A stretch of DNA of 63,998 bases, the filler included, from Hyphochytrium catenoides (Eukaryota; Protista; Hyphochytriomycota): NCBI GenBank assembly GCA_900088475.1. It is 14 parts of 14 records of this genome, joined end to end, with 100 filler letters (N's around TTAATTAATTAA, not from the genome) between each part and the next. Parts side by side here need not be neighbours in the genome. Positions count along the whole stretch, not along the records: positions 33,609 to 38,019 come from FLMG01003851.1; positions 38,120 to 45,681 come from FLMG01002612.1; positions 45,782 to 56,848 come from FLMG01001820.1; 11 more parts are not named here. One strand, given 5' to 3'. The notes beneath the pieces are model-generated. The model was not told where the DNA came from. It searched no databases and saw only the letters and a program-made list of their open reading frames with translations. Position numbers and translations under genes: made by a program. Positions 36,996-49,463 of the stretch are shown piece by piece (position 1 is the first letter of the stretch; every line of letters starts with the position of its first letter).

Positions 36996-37589
36996 TTAAA
37001 CGAAGCTCAGACCGTGCTTTTGCTTGAACTTGATCCTCATCTCATCATATCTGGACTTCAGCTCTTTCTTCTTCTTCCTGTCCTTGGTCCCTTCATAGGC
37101 ACGCTTGGCATTCTTCAGCTCTCCTTGGTCCTCCGCCGCCAGATCCTTTGTGATCTTAACCTGTCTGGTGATGAGGAAACGACCCAGCTCAAGGAACATC
37201 ATGAAGAGAAGAGAGTAGCCAAAGACTTCTCTCCCTGTCTTGAAGCGGTCAATAAGCTTGTCCGTGAGCTTCAGTTCGGCCTATGGAGACCGAGAAATGA
37301 GAGAAAAGGAGAGAGAGTCAGATCAGTACCCGACGGCAAGACGGACTAGCGCAGAGAGGGAAAGCTTGGCATGCAGAGGTAACGCGAGGTGAGATGGAGA
37401 AGAGAGAGAGAACAGGAGAAAAGAGAGCAAGAGAGAGGTCGGCTGTTGTGAAAGTCTCAGCAAGAGGGCATGCAAAAGGAGCCGCTCTCTTTCATTTTGG
37501 TTCTACGCTTTTCCTTTCGAACCGAATAGCCAATAGGCTAAAGAGAGCTGGACAAAGCTAAGAAGGAAGCGCGACGGGAAAAGATAGAA

Positions 37590-37642
<53 letters not shown>

Positions 37643-37791
37643 CCTTGTGTTCAACGAGAAACTCATCAAGTCTGTCCTGCATGCCCATTATAGTGATGCC
37701 AAGCACCAGCTCAGAGACACCGAGCAGCAGACCCAACCAGGCAGAGAAGGCAAGCCAGCAGCTCATAGACTTGGAGCTCTCACCGTGCCAG
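36996..37791 (-). CDS. 3' exons of a tetraspanin/TOM2A-like membrane protein
   Basis: Exons 37791-37644 and 37280-36996, in phase. TM helices CWLAFSAWLGLLLGVSELVLGITIM and FGYSLLFMMFLELGRFLI, then basic tail RYDEMRIKFKQKHGL resembling the TOM2A-type RMREKYGL motif. Confidence 0.6.
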
Positions 37792-38119
37792 CTAAAGAGT
37801 AAGAGCGAAGAGAGAAAGAGAGTAAGAAAGAGAAGAGGTAGCCACGCAAGAGCTACTTTTGCCATTTAGAGAAGATGCACTGACCACCTAACCGAAGATG
37901 GCAGATAAGTGCAAAACAGAATCGAGGGGGCGGAAGAGAGAGAAAGAGAGAGACGCAAGAAGACTCAACAGTAAGAGCTTGCATAAAGGCCAAACATGCT
38001 ATCCACGAGAGAGAGAGAGNNNNNNNNNNNNNNNNNNNNNNNNNNNNNNNNNNNNNNNNNNNNTTAATTAATTAANNNNNNNNNNNNNNNNNNNNNNNNN
38101 NNNNNNNNNNNNNNNNNNN

Positions 38120-38184
38120 CAGATGGGCGTTACGAATAATCGGATAGACTTTCTGCTTCCGTAACTCTTTCCTGCCAGCTCTTC

Positions 38185-38232
<48 letters not shown>

Positions 38233-38439
38233 GCGATGATGAAGTGAGCCAGAGTACCAGAAAAAAACAGACGCAGAAAAAGGAAAACTGAGAGAGAGAA
38301 GGGAAGAAGCGTATGCTCAATAAGAGGTGAAAGTGGGCAGTCTCGATAGAAATCGCTCTTGGAAAGATTGAGAGGGCGAGAAAGAGAACTCGGGAAACAT
38401 ACCGAAGTCGTAGGAATGGGGGAAAACAAGAAGAGACAC

Positions 38440-38498
<59 letters not shown>

Positions 38499-40894
38499 AA
38501 GAGAGAAGAGGCAAGAGAAAGAGAGAGAGAGAGAGAAATGACCCACAGGAGAGAGAGAAAGAGAGAGAGAAAGCAAAAGTGAAAGAGAGAGAATAACCGT
38601 GCGGACGGTGAGCAACTAAACCGGAGACCCTGGGAGACAGAGAGAAGAGGAGAAGTAACGGTTTGGCCAGGGAGGAAGGAGTGTTACCTGGTGGTACAGA
38701 ATAGCAGTAATATCTCCACGAGTAGCCGCCTGACTGTCGCATCCTGTTGAGAGGAAAAGGAGAAGAAGAAGAAAGATAAGGAGAGATTCCTTAGCTTGGC
38801 CTCTCGAGTCCACGCAGGAGGATAAGAGAGAGGAGGGTATGCGAGAGACAGTGGAAATATCCATATGGCAGAACATGGGAGAAAGTAAGGCGCTTCAGGA
38901 GGAGACCATTCGTGGACGGCGGGTGGAGAAAGAGAAAGGAGAGAGAAAGAAGCTGAAAGACATCTAAACAGAGACGTCACCCGACTACTCTTACCGACTC
39001 TCGCGACTTTTTTGGTCCGTCTCGTAAGACCAAGGGAGAGAGGCCCATTTTATCCTAGCCGCAGATTAGATGCTCAGTATAAAGAGAAAGAAATGCAAGA
39101 CCTCTTCCCTGTGACCGTTGTTTGTGCCGTTTATGTCTTTTTGCCTTTATGAGCTGCCCGTTGTCTCTCTTGTCTCTCTCTTTCTCTTTTTGCTTGTTTT
39201 ATCTTCTATCAGGCTTACCTCTTCGTCTAAACTCTCTGGTCCGGCAAGTGGGTAAAGAAGGTGAGGAATGAGGTCGAGCTTCATGGTTCATGATCAAGGG
39301 AGGGAAAGAGAGAGAGACAGAAAGAGAGAGAAAGAAAGTCAGCAGTGTCAGCAGTGGGCCTCGGTCACTAAGTTCTAAAGAGAACTCACCTCGGCGTAAT
39401 AATGCCAATGATCATCTTGCACAAAGCAGACATTCCTGCAGAAAGGTAGGGTTCAAAGTGAGGAACCGCTAATAAAGGTAGAAAGAATAAAGAAAGACGA
39501 GAAAGCAGGAGCCATGCGCACGAATAGGATGCTGTCGAAGCGGCAGCAGCGCGCATGCCTAATGAGCGGCCTTTCCCTACGCACTTGAGTGTGGCTGCAA
39601 CGCCTCTCCTCCTCACGGGGTTGATTGAGTTAAGCTCTGGAATAATGTCTCTAACAATGTTGGTCGACTTTCTGCGGATAAGGTCCCGACCTTCTTGCAC
39701 CTGCAGCCAAGAGGGACGGAGACCGCAGACAGAGAGACCCAGACAGACAGAGAGACAGACAGAGGCGAAAGAGAGAGAGGGAGAGGGGAGAAAGGAGAGA
39801 CACGCGTATGTGTGAATGAAAGTTAGAAGAGGGACCTGGTATATATTGCAGTTTGAAGAGGGCAAGTGTCTCTAGGCCAAAATGTCAGTGGCTTCAAACT
39901 TGGACGACCAGCCATCGCACGCAAATAGACAGCTGAAGTAACAAACAGCAAAGAATGAGGTCCCAGATCTCTCTCCTTTCTTCGTCCAATTGTACCCATC
40001 TTCTTCTCCTTCCTCCCTATGACGAACCTGTGTGATATTTGCAAGAATATTCGCTACGTACTGCCAAGGGTCCAGCTCCCCAAGCTTCTCTTCTGTCCTT
40101 TCTCTCCCCTGGAATGCTTTTGGCTCTGGTTGGTTCGTGAGAAACCAGCGGACCAGCCGCCGCACCTGCAGACCCTGGAGCTGGCCCTTGTCTACCTCAA
40201 GGAGCTTGAGAGCTCCGGCTTCTGAAACTGTGAGGTTGGCCAGCAGCATGAGGACGAGGCGCTTGTTCTCACTCTCGTCCTCCTGAAAGAGAGAGAGAGC
40301 AAGCAGAGCGTCAGAGCCTGGGGTGACTGGCTGCCTTGTCTCCCTCCTCATCTGTCACCTGCCTCCCCTCAGGACTGATGGGCTACTTCTGTCACTTTGT
40401 CCTTGGACGTCCAGCCTCTTCCCAATAACCTCTCATCTAAGTCTGTCTCTCTCTCTGACTATGTGCCTTCTCTCTGTCTTACCGAGAGGAAGTTAATAAC
40501 GCTGTCTATTACTCCGTAGCCGAGAAGCTTGGATACTATCTCAACGTCAGCGCTAAGATTGATAAGCGCTTTCAGCGCCGGCTCGGCAATCTTCTTCATA
40601 TCGCCCACCATCCTGCAGAGAAATCGAGGTGCCTCTGTCTTCTTAAGTTCTCTAAAGAAACGCATGAATAAAGAGACAGGTCAGTCAGTAGATAAAAGAG
40701 AAGAGGTCTCTATATGGGACGTGCCTGACTCCCTCCTCGCTGCCGGTCAACTGAAAAACAATGTCCACGCCAGCTTTGCGGACCTCCGGCCGAGGGTTGG
40801 CCAGAAAGGGAACCAGTTCCTGAATAGCAGCTGCATTACTTCCACTCTCGCCCTCACTGGTCTCTGCTGCAGTAACTTCCTCTACCCTCGCCAT
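38120..40894 (-). CDS. HGH1: HGH1 (FAM203/eEF2 co-chaperone), 9 visible exons, 3'-truncated
   Basis: Exons 40894-40725, 40651-40483, 40282-40028, 39700-39585, 39435-39390, 39278-39219, 39054-38995, 38743-38688, 38180-38120. Motifs ELVPFL..RPEVRKAG, ALINLS, MLLANLT, ILANITQ, RRRGVAATLKNVCF, LLYPLAGPE, LVEILLLFCTTRAGRKELR..VYPIIR. Confidence 0.95.
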
Positions 40895-43397
40895 TGATCT
40901 ATTCAGCGTCTCTAGCAACTGGTTGGGTCTACTAAGATAGGATGGCAAGGCAGATGACCAAGCCAACGCAGGTCCAGCTTCTGTTCCCGGTACCCTCTCC
41001 TCTTGAGCCGAAGGTGCTGCTTTATAGGGTTGCAAATGGTCACGGCAGTGAAGCTCACGCTACTATGTATGAGTCAAGAGCAGATAGGCACGTCTCCTCC
41101 GATGTGAAGCTCGTCCTGAGAGCCTTGAAGAAGCTTCAGTGCCATGGCAAAGAAGAGAGACAGAGAGAGAGATCGAAGGCGAGCTTCAGGCTTCAGAACT
41201 CCATCAGAAGCCATCGTCGCACTGAATGGCGTGAGCAAAACAGCATTCACACCTGGGGGAGATCTGAATTTGATAGATCAGTGTGCCAATACTGAGCCCT
41301 GTTCTCTAGGAAAATAACTGAATGGTATGATCTAAAAATCTCAGCGTCTCAGAATCTTGAATGTTGAGATGTTGAGCTCCGATAAACTCTAGAAAATCTC
41401 CGTTAAAAATACTTTTTCTCTGCGAACATGGCCCCCTGCCATCCTCTGTTGGCTTGTTGGATGCATGCTGCAGCATCCTATGATGAAGGGTAGGCACATA
41501 TCCTCTAATTATATTAGTCTAAGCGGGGAGACAACCCTATATCGCAAGAGGACGAGGGCCGCTTTTTAGGGAAGATGATGATGGGCGCGACCACGAGTCT
41601 GAGCACCGTTCATCTTCCGTGCTGGAAGACTGAGTGTCACGTACATTGCTTCTCTGCTTACTCTTATAGGACGCTGTCGGCCTTTTTGGAATGCGCAGCC
41701 TTTGGACGACAAGATCCTCGTGCTGTGTGTATTCCTAGAGCTTACTGAAGACGTAGCGTTCTCTACAGCTTAAGGAGAAATACTTTCGATGATATCTAAT
41801 ATCTGTACATACTCGCTCATCCGCTCACGTGGTTCCAAGTTCCAATGAGTAGTAAGACCAGATGTTTCCTGAACTCCATAGAGTGAAGGAGATACTCCGG
41901 TCATACTGCTCATCTGTGGGCTATTATTACTCTTCTCTTAGCGCTACTATTCCGGGCCGGTCTTCTTGGTCCAACCAATAACCAATCCTGCAGTGCTCCT
42001 ATTAGTTTACTAGGCTCGTCTCTGAAGAACCTTTCCCTTCCTGGCTCGCTGTTTGACCTACCGGGCGTAGGTTCTTTCTATGATCCCACCGCTGCCAGGT
42101 TTCCCTTGCCATGTGCCCAGCAGGAGTCAGTCCCGTCCTCAACAGCCAGAACTGTCCCAGAGTTGGTCTCGGCTCAAGGCAGTCGCAAGTACTAGGACCG
42201 CACTCCCATGCCCGTCGCTGTTGTCGCGCACGGCTCTCTCTTGCTTGCGATGCGTCCTTCTCTATTGAAGAGCATACGATATCCTATGCGGCTGTCTAAG
42301 TGCCTTTGGAACGCTTTAGACGCACTAACTTTCTTCCTTCTTCTCTTCTTCAGTTCTGGAGCGCTTCTCTCTCTTCTTTCGTCTCCGTCTGTCCTTCTCT
42401 TCTCTCTCTCTCTCTCTACTAAGGAGCAGGTAAAGACGTTGAAAGGGAAAACAAGCAGACGCTCTGCTCTGACAGGAAGAAACCGCCATTCTTCTCTTCT
42501 CCTTTTTCCTCTCTCTCTCTCCCACTAGTACAATTGGACTAATGAGTAGAGAGCTTCCCATTCGTTACGTCTCCCTCTTCCTTTGTCCTTTCTCTCTCTC
42601 TCTCTTTCTTGTATGTCTCCCCTCCTAATGTCTCTTCACTCTGTTCTTGAGACTAGAAGAGAAGGCTGTCTCTGGATCCGCCAGGAACAATAGCCGGAAG
42701 GGAAGAGAGAGAGAGAAGGTGGCTGAATGCAGAACAGGCCAGCCAATGGAATGGATGTGGTCAATAGCGGGAGAAGAAGAAGAGAGACGAGATGAGAGAG
42801 ATCACGGGAAGAAGCAGAGTTGCACGAAGAAACAGTTGAAAAAAGAGAAAGAGAGAGAGAGAGAGATCATGAGACAGACGGAGAGAGGGGAGACGTCGGT
42901 GAAGATAGAAGAGAATGTGACAGTTAGACGTCTGAAGAAAGGGGAACTCAACCGCTAAGGAGAAGAAGCAAGGCGTTTCTTATACGGAGAGAGAGAGGCT
43001 AGTGCTGGGCATAATAAAGGGGGAGAATGAGAGAAGGGAGAGAGCGAGTATGAGGATAGAGGGAAGAAGAGATGGGAGTTAGGGCTGGGATGGTTGATCT
43101 GATGATGGAAGAGCTTGCAGGAAGTGGAAAGGAAGAAAGCAAGAGACCCAGCAACAGGGAAAGAAGGATTTACTCTTGAAGAACAACGATCATTGTCTCT
43201 TCTTTCTTCTGGTCGGTAAAGAGAGCGACAGTCAAAGAGAGGGATCGACTGGTAGACAGGGAGAGAAAAGATGAGAGGGAGAGAAGAGAGAATGAGAACA
43301 CGATGAGGGGTTAGTGACGGACAAGAAACAGAGAGAGAGAGAGAGAGAGAGAAAAAGCTAAAAGCATAAGGAGGGCGAGTGCTGACCCCACACATCG

Positions 43398-43441
<44 letters not shown>

Positions 43442-43640
43442 TTTATTATTCTCCTCTCCAAAAGTGGAGGCTTCACAATCCCATCCACTGGCCTTCTCCC
43501 TTGGCATACCCACCCTCTGTAACCCCCAGAGAGTGTTCAATGAGCTAGTGAGTTTGTTACACAAGCCTTTATAGCTCTGATCAGCTCACTCACTCACTCA
43601 ATGAGAGTAATTGAAAGGTCATAGAGGTACAGGAAGGCAA

Positions 43641-43689
<49 letters not shown>

Positions 43690-43780
43690 GAGGGAAAAGG
43701 GAGAGAGAGAGAGGAAAGAGAAAGAGAGAGAGAGAGTGGAAAGGGATTGAGAGAGAGAGAAAGAGAGAGTGAGAGAGTGA

Positions 43781-43818
<38 letters not shown>

Positions 43819-44103
43819 AGGCAGCGGTAACCTATGTCGGACGGCTATTCGAGAGGACCAAAGAAAGTTGGTCGGTGAGAGGGAGGGAGAGAGGAATATG
43901 GTGCGCTGATGTACATTGATTGGCGGGAGAGAGGTAAGAGGAGGGCGTCATCTACCATGAAGAGAGAGAGAGAGAGAGCGAGAGAGACGTCGGAGGAGGA
44001 GCTTCTTTCCTCTCGCCCTAGAAGACAAGAGGATGGAAGATCACCGGCAAGGCGAGATGGTATGAAGACGGACATAACGATGAGAGAGAGAAGGTGTGGA
44101 GAG

Positions 44104-44146
<43 letters not shown>

Positions 44147-44481
44147 NNNNNNNNNNNNNNCTTCTTCTTATTCGTTCATAAAAATAAAGAGATCACGTAC
44201 CGGTAGACGTAAGAAAAGAAATAGAGAAAGAGAAGAAGAAACATGTTTCTCCTCTTCAGCTTCTGACCTTCTCTTACTGCTTCTTCTTCTCTTGTCTCTC
44301 TCTATTTTCCGGAGAAGACTATAAAACTTTCTCTCCTGCTCTCTCCCGCGGCTTCCACTGGAGCTCGGCGTAGAGAGGCAGGAGTGAGGTCGCTCCGCTG
44401 GGCTAAAAAGAGACCACTCCAGAAAAGAGAGAGAGATAAGTAACCAGCACTGAAGGATAAGAAGCAAACAAGAGAGAGAGA

Positions 44482-44518
<37 letters not shown>

Positions 44519-44607
44519 AAGGAGAGAAAATGGACAGGAGGTCAGATAGGAATCCTCTCTCAATCTCCTAGTTCTGTCAAGGCGGAAGTTCCTGTCCCGA
44601 AGGGAAG

Positions 44608-45111
44608 ATGCCTTCCTCTCCCAAGCAGAAAGACGTCTCTCTCTCTCTTTCACCCAGAAAGAGACACGGGAAAGAAGAAGAAGAGAGAGAGGTAGAGAAT
44701 GTGCATAAAGAGAGAGAGAAAAACCCTGCGGAACTAGGCGAGGGAGAGAGAGACAGACAAGAAGTGGGAGAGACTCAACCTCTGTCTCCTGGGAAGGGCG
44801 GAAGAAAAGTAGAAGGAAGAATGTACGAGACTGTGAGGCTCGCCTACAGCAGAGCTGTAGTTCCCAAGACAGGTGAGAGTACTGACAGACGAGAGAGAGA
44901 GAGGAAAAGAGAGAGAGCGAGGCTGTAATCAGATGGAGATAGAAAAGAGAGAGTGAGAGAGAGTGGAGCGAGACAGAGTGAGAAAGCAGAAGAGAAACAA
45001 CATGGGTGTTAGAAAAGGAAGATGCAGCTGCTTCATCTCTACCTTCCGGGCGCTGAAAACTAGCCTAGTCCCTTCATTTCAATTATCTCTTGATCAATCT
45101 TCTTTAGCTCC

Positions 45112-45173
<62 letters not shown>

Positions 45174-45476
45174 GTCTCTCTCTTCTCTCTCTCTCTGTCT
45201 CTCTCTCTCTCTCCCCCCGTTCTCGACCCCGTTCCCTCTCTTTCACCTCTAACTCTCCTCCATTCACATCCTCCTGTTGTCACTCCTCTCTCGTGTCATA
45301 AAGGTCTCTTCTATCGACTACTTATCCTCACTTACTTTCTCTGCCTAGCAATCTCTCTCTCTCTCTCTCTCTTGGCCTATCTCTCTCTCTGCCGCATCTA
45401 CTCTACACTCACCGTCATTTCCTCTCTACGACATGTTTCTCTCTCTCTCTCTCTGTGTACCTCTCTCATCTTCTTT

Positions 45477-45507
<31 letters not shown>

Positions 45508-45681
45508 GCTTCTCTCTCTGATCTCAGACATAGAAATCCGACATGTCTCTCCTCGGGTGCGCCAGAAGCTGAGGTCCAAGGTCCCAGCAGCTAAGATGGG
45601 AAAGGAGAAGAAAGGACAAGGCCATCGTCTTCCGCCTCTCAGCGCGGAACAGCAGCAGGAGAGAGACAGTGACAGGGATAC
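44608..45681 (+). CDS. Hypothetical protein, two exons, 3'-truncated
   Basis: 44608-44872 and 45528-45681 join in phase via GT-AG (..YSRAVVPKT|DIEIRHVSPRVRQKLRSK..); no family recognised. Confidence 0.45.
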
Positions 45682-45961
45682 NNNNNNNNNNNNNNNNNNN
45701 NNNNNNNNNNNNNNNNNNNNNNNNNTTAATTAATTAANNNNNNNNNNNNNNNNNNNNNNNNNNNNNNNNNNNNNNNNNNNNAGAGAGAGAGAGAGAGACT
45801 TTCAGAGAAAGCGGTCCGGCAGAAAGGGAAGAAGAGGGGGAGAGACAGGACATGGCGGAAGAGGAAGAAAGAAAGAAGCACAAAGGAAGAGACAGGGAGA
45901 GAGAGAAAGAGAGATAAGGAAGAGAGTTGGACTAGAAGTAAAAAAGGGAGAAATTTACGAC

Positions 45962-46937
45962 CTGGCTCTTTTTCAAGGCTGGCTCTACGAAGGCGTCCAC
46001 TGCCCCATCTGCTGCTGTCTCGCTGCTCGTTGTCTTCTTCGTCTCCTCCTTCCACGGCGCCTCTCTCCCTTTTGCCTTGGTGTCCTTGCCTTCCTTCTTG
46101 CCCTCTCCTGCTGCTTGTTTCTCTTCTTCTGCCCGTCTTAACCTCTCGATTCTCTGCTGCTCAGCCTTGGACGCCTTCTCTGCTTTAAATTTCTTCGAGT
46201 GAACCCATTCCTCCTTCTTCAAGAGCTCTGCCCGTCGCTCCGCCCGAGTTTGACCTAAACAACGTTTCTAGTTAGCGGAGCCAGCAACGACGATACCGAT
46301 GTCACCCAGAAAGAGAGAGACAGGTGAAGAGAGAGAGAAAGAGAGAGAGATGTATAGAGTAAGAGAGGAAGGAGAGAGAGAGGGAGGAGAGAAGCGAGTG
46401 AACGAGAAAGAAAGAGATAGAGAAGGAATGAGGGAGAGAGAAAAAAAAAGAGGGAGGAAGACACAGGGAGAATGAGAGAGAGAAAGAAAGGGAGCGGAAG
46501 AGAGAGAGAAAGAGAGAGAGAGAGAGAAAAAGAGAGAGAGCGATAGAAAGGGAGCGAGAAGGGAGAAAAAAGGAGATGAATGAACGAAGGGAGAGAGGCA
46601 GGACGACAGGGAACAGAGACAATGAAAAGGAGACATGTGTAGAGGACTAGGAGAGACCATGAAGAGTGAAGGAACATAACAACTGACGGAATGAGAAAGT
46701 GAGACTCTGAGTAGGAGACCAGACAGGCTCTAACGTCAGAAGAAAGGAGCAGAAAGCAAGAAAAGAGAGGATCTTGAGCGCCTTACGTCGCTTGTCTACG
46801 AAGAAGAGATCAGTGCTGGGCAAGATGCCAAGAGCATTGTCCTTTCCATCTTCCTGTAGATGCTGCAGAACCTCTTCTTCCGCCTCCTGCTCTCTCTCCT
46901 TCCTCTTTCTCTGGTTCTTGCTTCTTGCCTTGACCAT
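45962..46937 (-). CDS. NOP53: 5' exons of a NOP53/GLTSCR2-like ribosome biogenesis protein
   Basis: Exons 46937-46787 and 46254-45962, in phase. Basic N-terminus followed by STDLFFVDK (Nop53 LFxVD arch-interaction motif). The diagnostic SYNP region is not in the contig. Confidence 0.6.
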
Positions 46938-47276
46938 TTCTACTCTCTCTCTCTCTCTCTCAGTCTCTCTCTCTCTCTCTGTTTCTCTTTATCAAGGGCC
47001 GTCTCTCTCCTTGAGGACTTAGAGAACGCGATCGCTTTCTCCTTAGTCTTTTCTTCCGTGGAGAGTGCTGCGCCTGGTGAGAGATTGACCAGGTGAAGAG
47101 AGGGAAGATGATGAAGCAGATGAGAGGAACTGAGAGAGCTTTCAAGTCGAAGGCTGCAAGGAAAGATGGAGATTGAGACAGAAAACGTGAAAGAGAGAGA
47201 GAGAGAGAGAGAGGAAGAAAGAAAGAGAGAGAGGAAGAAAGAAAGAGAGAGAGAGAGAGAGGAAGAAAGAGAGAGG

Positions 47277-47315
<39 letters not shown>

Positions 47316-47499
47316 GAGGAGCATGGTTCTGATGATGGTTGGAGAGGGAAAGGCCACCTCTCAAAGAGTTCAAGGAGAGACCAAACCCAGGGGGAGGCCT
47401 GAAAAGTACAAGGAACAACTGAACAACAACTACAAAAACTGAAGGGGGAGCTTGCTGTATCTCAAAAACAACACGGGTAGGCTCGCAGGCAAAAAGTAT

Positions 47500-47570
47500 T
47501 GCATCTGCCGGGAATCGAACCCGGGACACCTCGATGGCAACGAGGTATTTTACCACTAAACTACAGATGC
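47500..47570 (-). tRNA. tRNA-Gly(GCC)
   Basis: gcatctg/cagatgc acceptor stem, cctcg-ttGCCat-cgagg anticodon arm, ggttcgattcc T arm; T5 Pol III terminator at 47495-47491. Confidence 0.97.
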
Positions 47571-48329
47571 TCGTACGATGACTTTGCGTGACCTCCTTGC
47601 CTAAGTCAGGCATTATAATTCCCAGTAAGCTACATACTTGAGCCTTGAGCCACTCGAGGACAACAATAATGAAGATGCGCGCAGGACGAGAAGAAAGAAG
47701 AGAGTCAATGAACGAGTCATCAATGATAGATAGATAGGTAGTAGAGGGTTGAATAGACGTGCTAATCGTAAGGGTGATGCTGAGATAGACTACTGGAAGA
47801 AGAAGAAGACAGAGAGTGAAGAAGAAGGAGATCAATTTCTCCGAAGTATGAAAATATTCGGATAAATCTTCTGAGGAACTACGCAATCTTAATTCTTCCT
47901 TTTATAGTAAGTGATCACGTTGATGGAGAAGAGGAGAAGAGAGAGTGATAGAGAGATCAGGACTCTGTAGGTCTTGTTGTCTGTTCTTCCTTCTTCTTCG
48001 TCTCCTCTTCTATCTCTTCTTCTTCTCTTATGCAGCAAAAAGACTTCCTATTATTATTTGTACAAATAAAAGGGAAAGGAGGAAAGTGAGGAATGAAGTC
48101 ACAACAGGCAAAACAACGAAGCAGCAGATTGCTCCATTATTGATACTTTATGAAGAATGCAGACGTAGTCCCTTCTTCCGCTGTCATCCGTCCTGCCTCT
48201 TGACCCACTTTTCCTCAGCACTACTGCTGCAGATGCTGCTGTTGTCTTCTCTTCTTCTCGCTGCGCTGCTGGTTGTTCTCTTTCATCATCATATGATAGG
48301 AGGAGGAGCAGATGATGTCTGTAGTAACG

Positions 48330-48922
48330 GGACAGCTGGGCTGAAGCAGCTGCGAGACTTTTGAAGCCTCTGACTAGCCGATTTGTCCTAATAACTGCTA
48401 TGCCGTTTCTATCCGCACTCCTTCTTCGATGATATATTATCAAAGAACGAGTAGTAATAGCTTCATCGTACGATAGTTCTGTCGCCAAGGTCCGGAGCTG
48501 TGACGTATAAGAATGCAGGGGTAATCTAGATTCCTGACCTTGGAGCTTATGCAGCTGCTTCATGCTAATTGAGATGGCTGGAGTTTCACAGTGCGTCATC
48601 GGAAGAGCAAAACAAGCCAGGGACTGGGAGCTGTCCGAAGGTAAGGATGGAGTAGGAGAGGTCAATCAGCATGATGGAAACCAACGTCAGGAACCAACGT
48701 CAGGAACCACGTTAACCCTGCACCGTTATACGTCACAGTTCCGTTCCGTTCCAGACCTTGGCGACAGAACTATCGTACGATGACACTACTCGTCGTGTTT
48801 ACGAGGAGTATATCGTCGGACTACTGCTGCGGATAGAAACAGCCTATCATGTCAGAACAAATCGGCTAGTCAGAATAAGCTTCACAACAACTCGCAGCTG
48901 CTTCCTTCAGCCCAGCTGTTTT
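48330..48922. repeat. Imperfect inverted repeat (about 200-bp arms, about 190-bp spacer) between the tRNA genes
   Basis: 48330-48524 vs 48712-48922, e.g. tcatcgtacgatagttctgtcgccaaggtc / gaccttggcgacagaactatcgtacgatga and tctgactagccgatttgt / acaaatcggctagtcaga. Confidence 0.9.
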
Positions 48923-49392
48923 CCTTTTACATCTGTTGTCGTCGTTTGCCCAGACATCGCCACAGCACTAGGCGCGCCGAAGGTTTTTTCCTACTATTAT
49001 TGGAAGAAGAAGTAAGCGCAACAGAGAGGAGCGTTGGAGGTGATTCTCTCTTCTTCATCAACGGGAATAATGGGGGAAAGTTCTTCCGGGAGAGAAAGAA
49101 GGGCTGCCGATCTCTCTACGTAAGGAAAGACGACGCCAATGGCTTTGACGACAACGAGGAAGGAGCTCCCATTCTCTCATTGACGACCTCCGCGGCCTTG
49201 GTCAATGATCATTGTTGAGCACGAGAGGGCCATTATGATGTCTGTCAAACAAGAAAAAAGATGAGATGATCTGTCTTCTCTCTTCCTCGTACAAGGGAAG
49301 GGAAGCACAGAAGAATGAGTGCTCGTTCGGTCAGAGGCAATTTGGGTGTTTGTGGAACTAATAAGCTTGAAGCTTCAGTGGGCAATAAGTTT

Positions 49393-49463
49393 TGCATCTG
49401 CCGGGAATCGAACCCGGGACACCTCGATGGCAACGAGGTATTTTACCACTAAACTACAGATGC
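49393..49463 (-). tRNA. tRNA-Gly(GCC), identical second copy
   Basis: Identical 71-nt sequence to 47500-47570 with unrelated flanks. Confidence 0.97.

Noticed and set aside
37792-37865. ATG at 37865 as start of the tetraspanin-like gene
   Set aside because: The segment is a pyrimidine tract ending tttag, so better read as intron; upstream exons probably lost at the spacer.
46960-47886. 308-aa ORF
   Set aside because: Reads through a tRNA gene and CT microsatellite; not protein-like.
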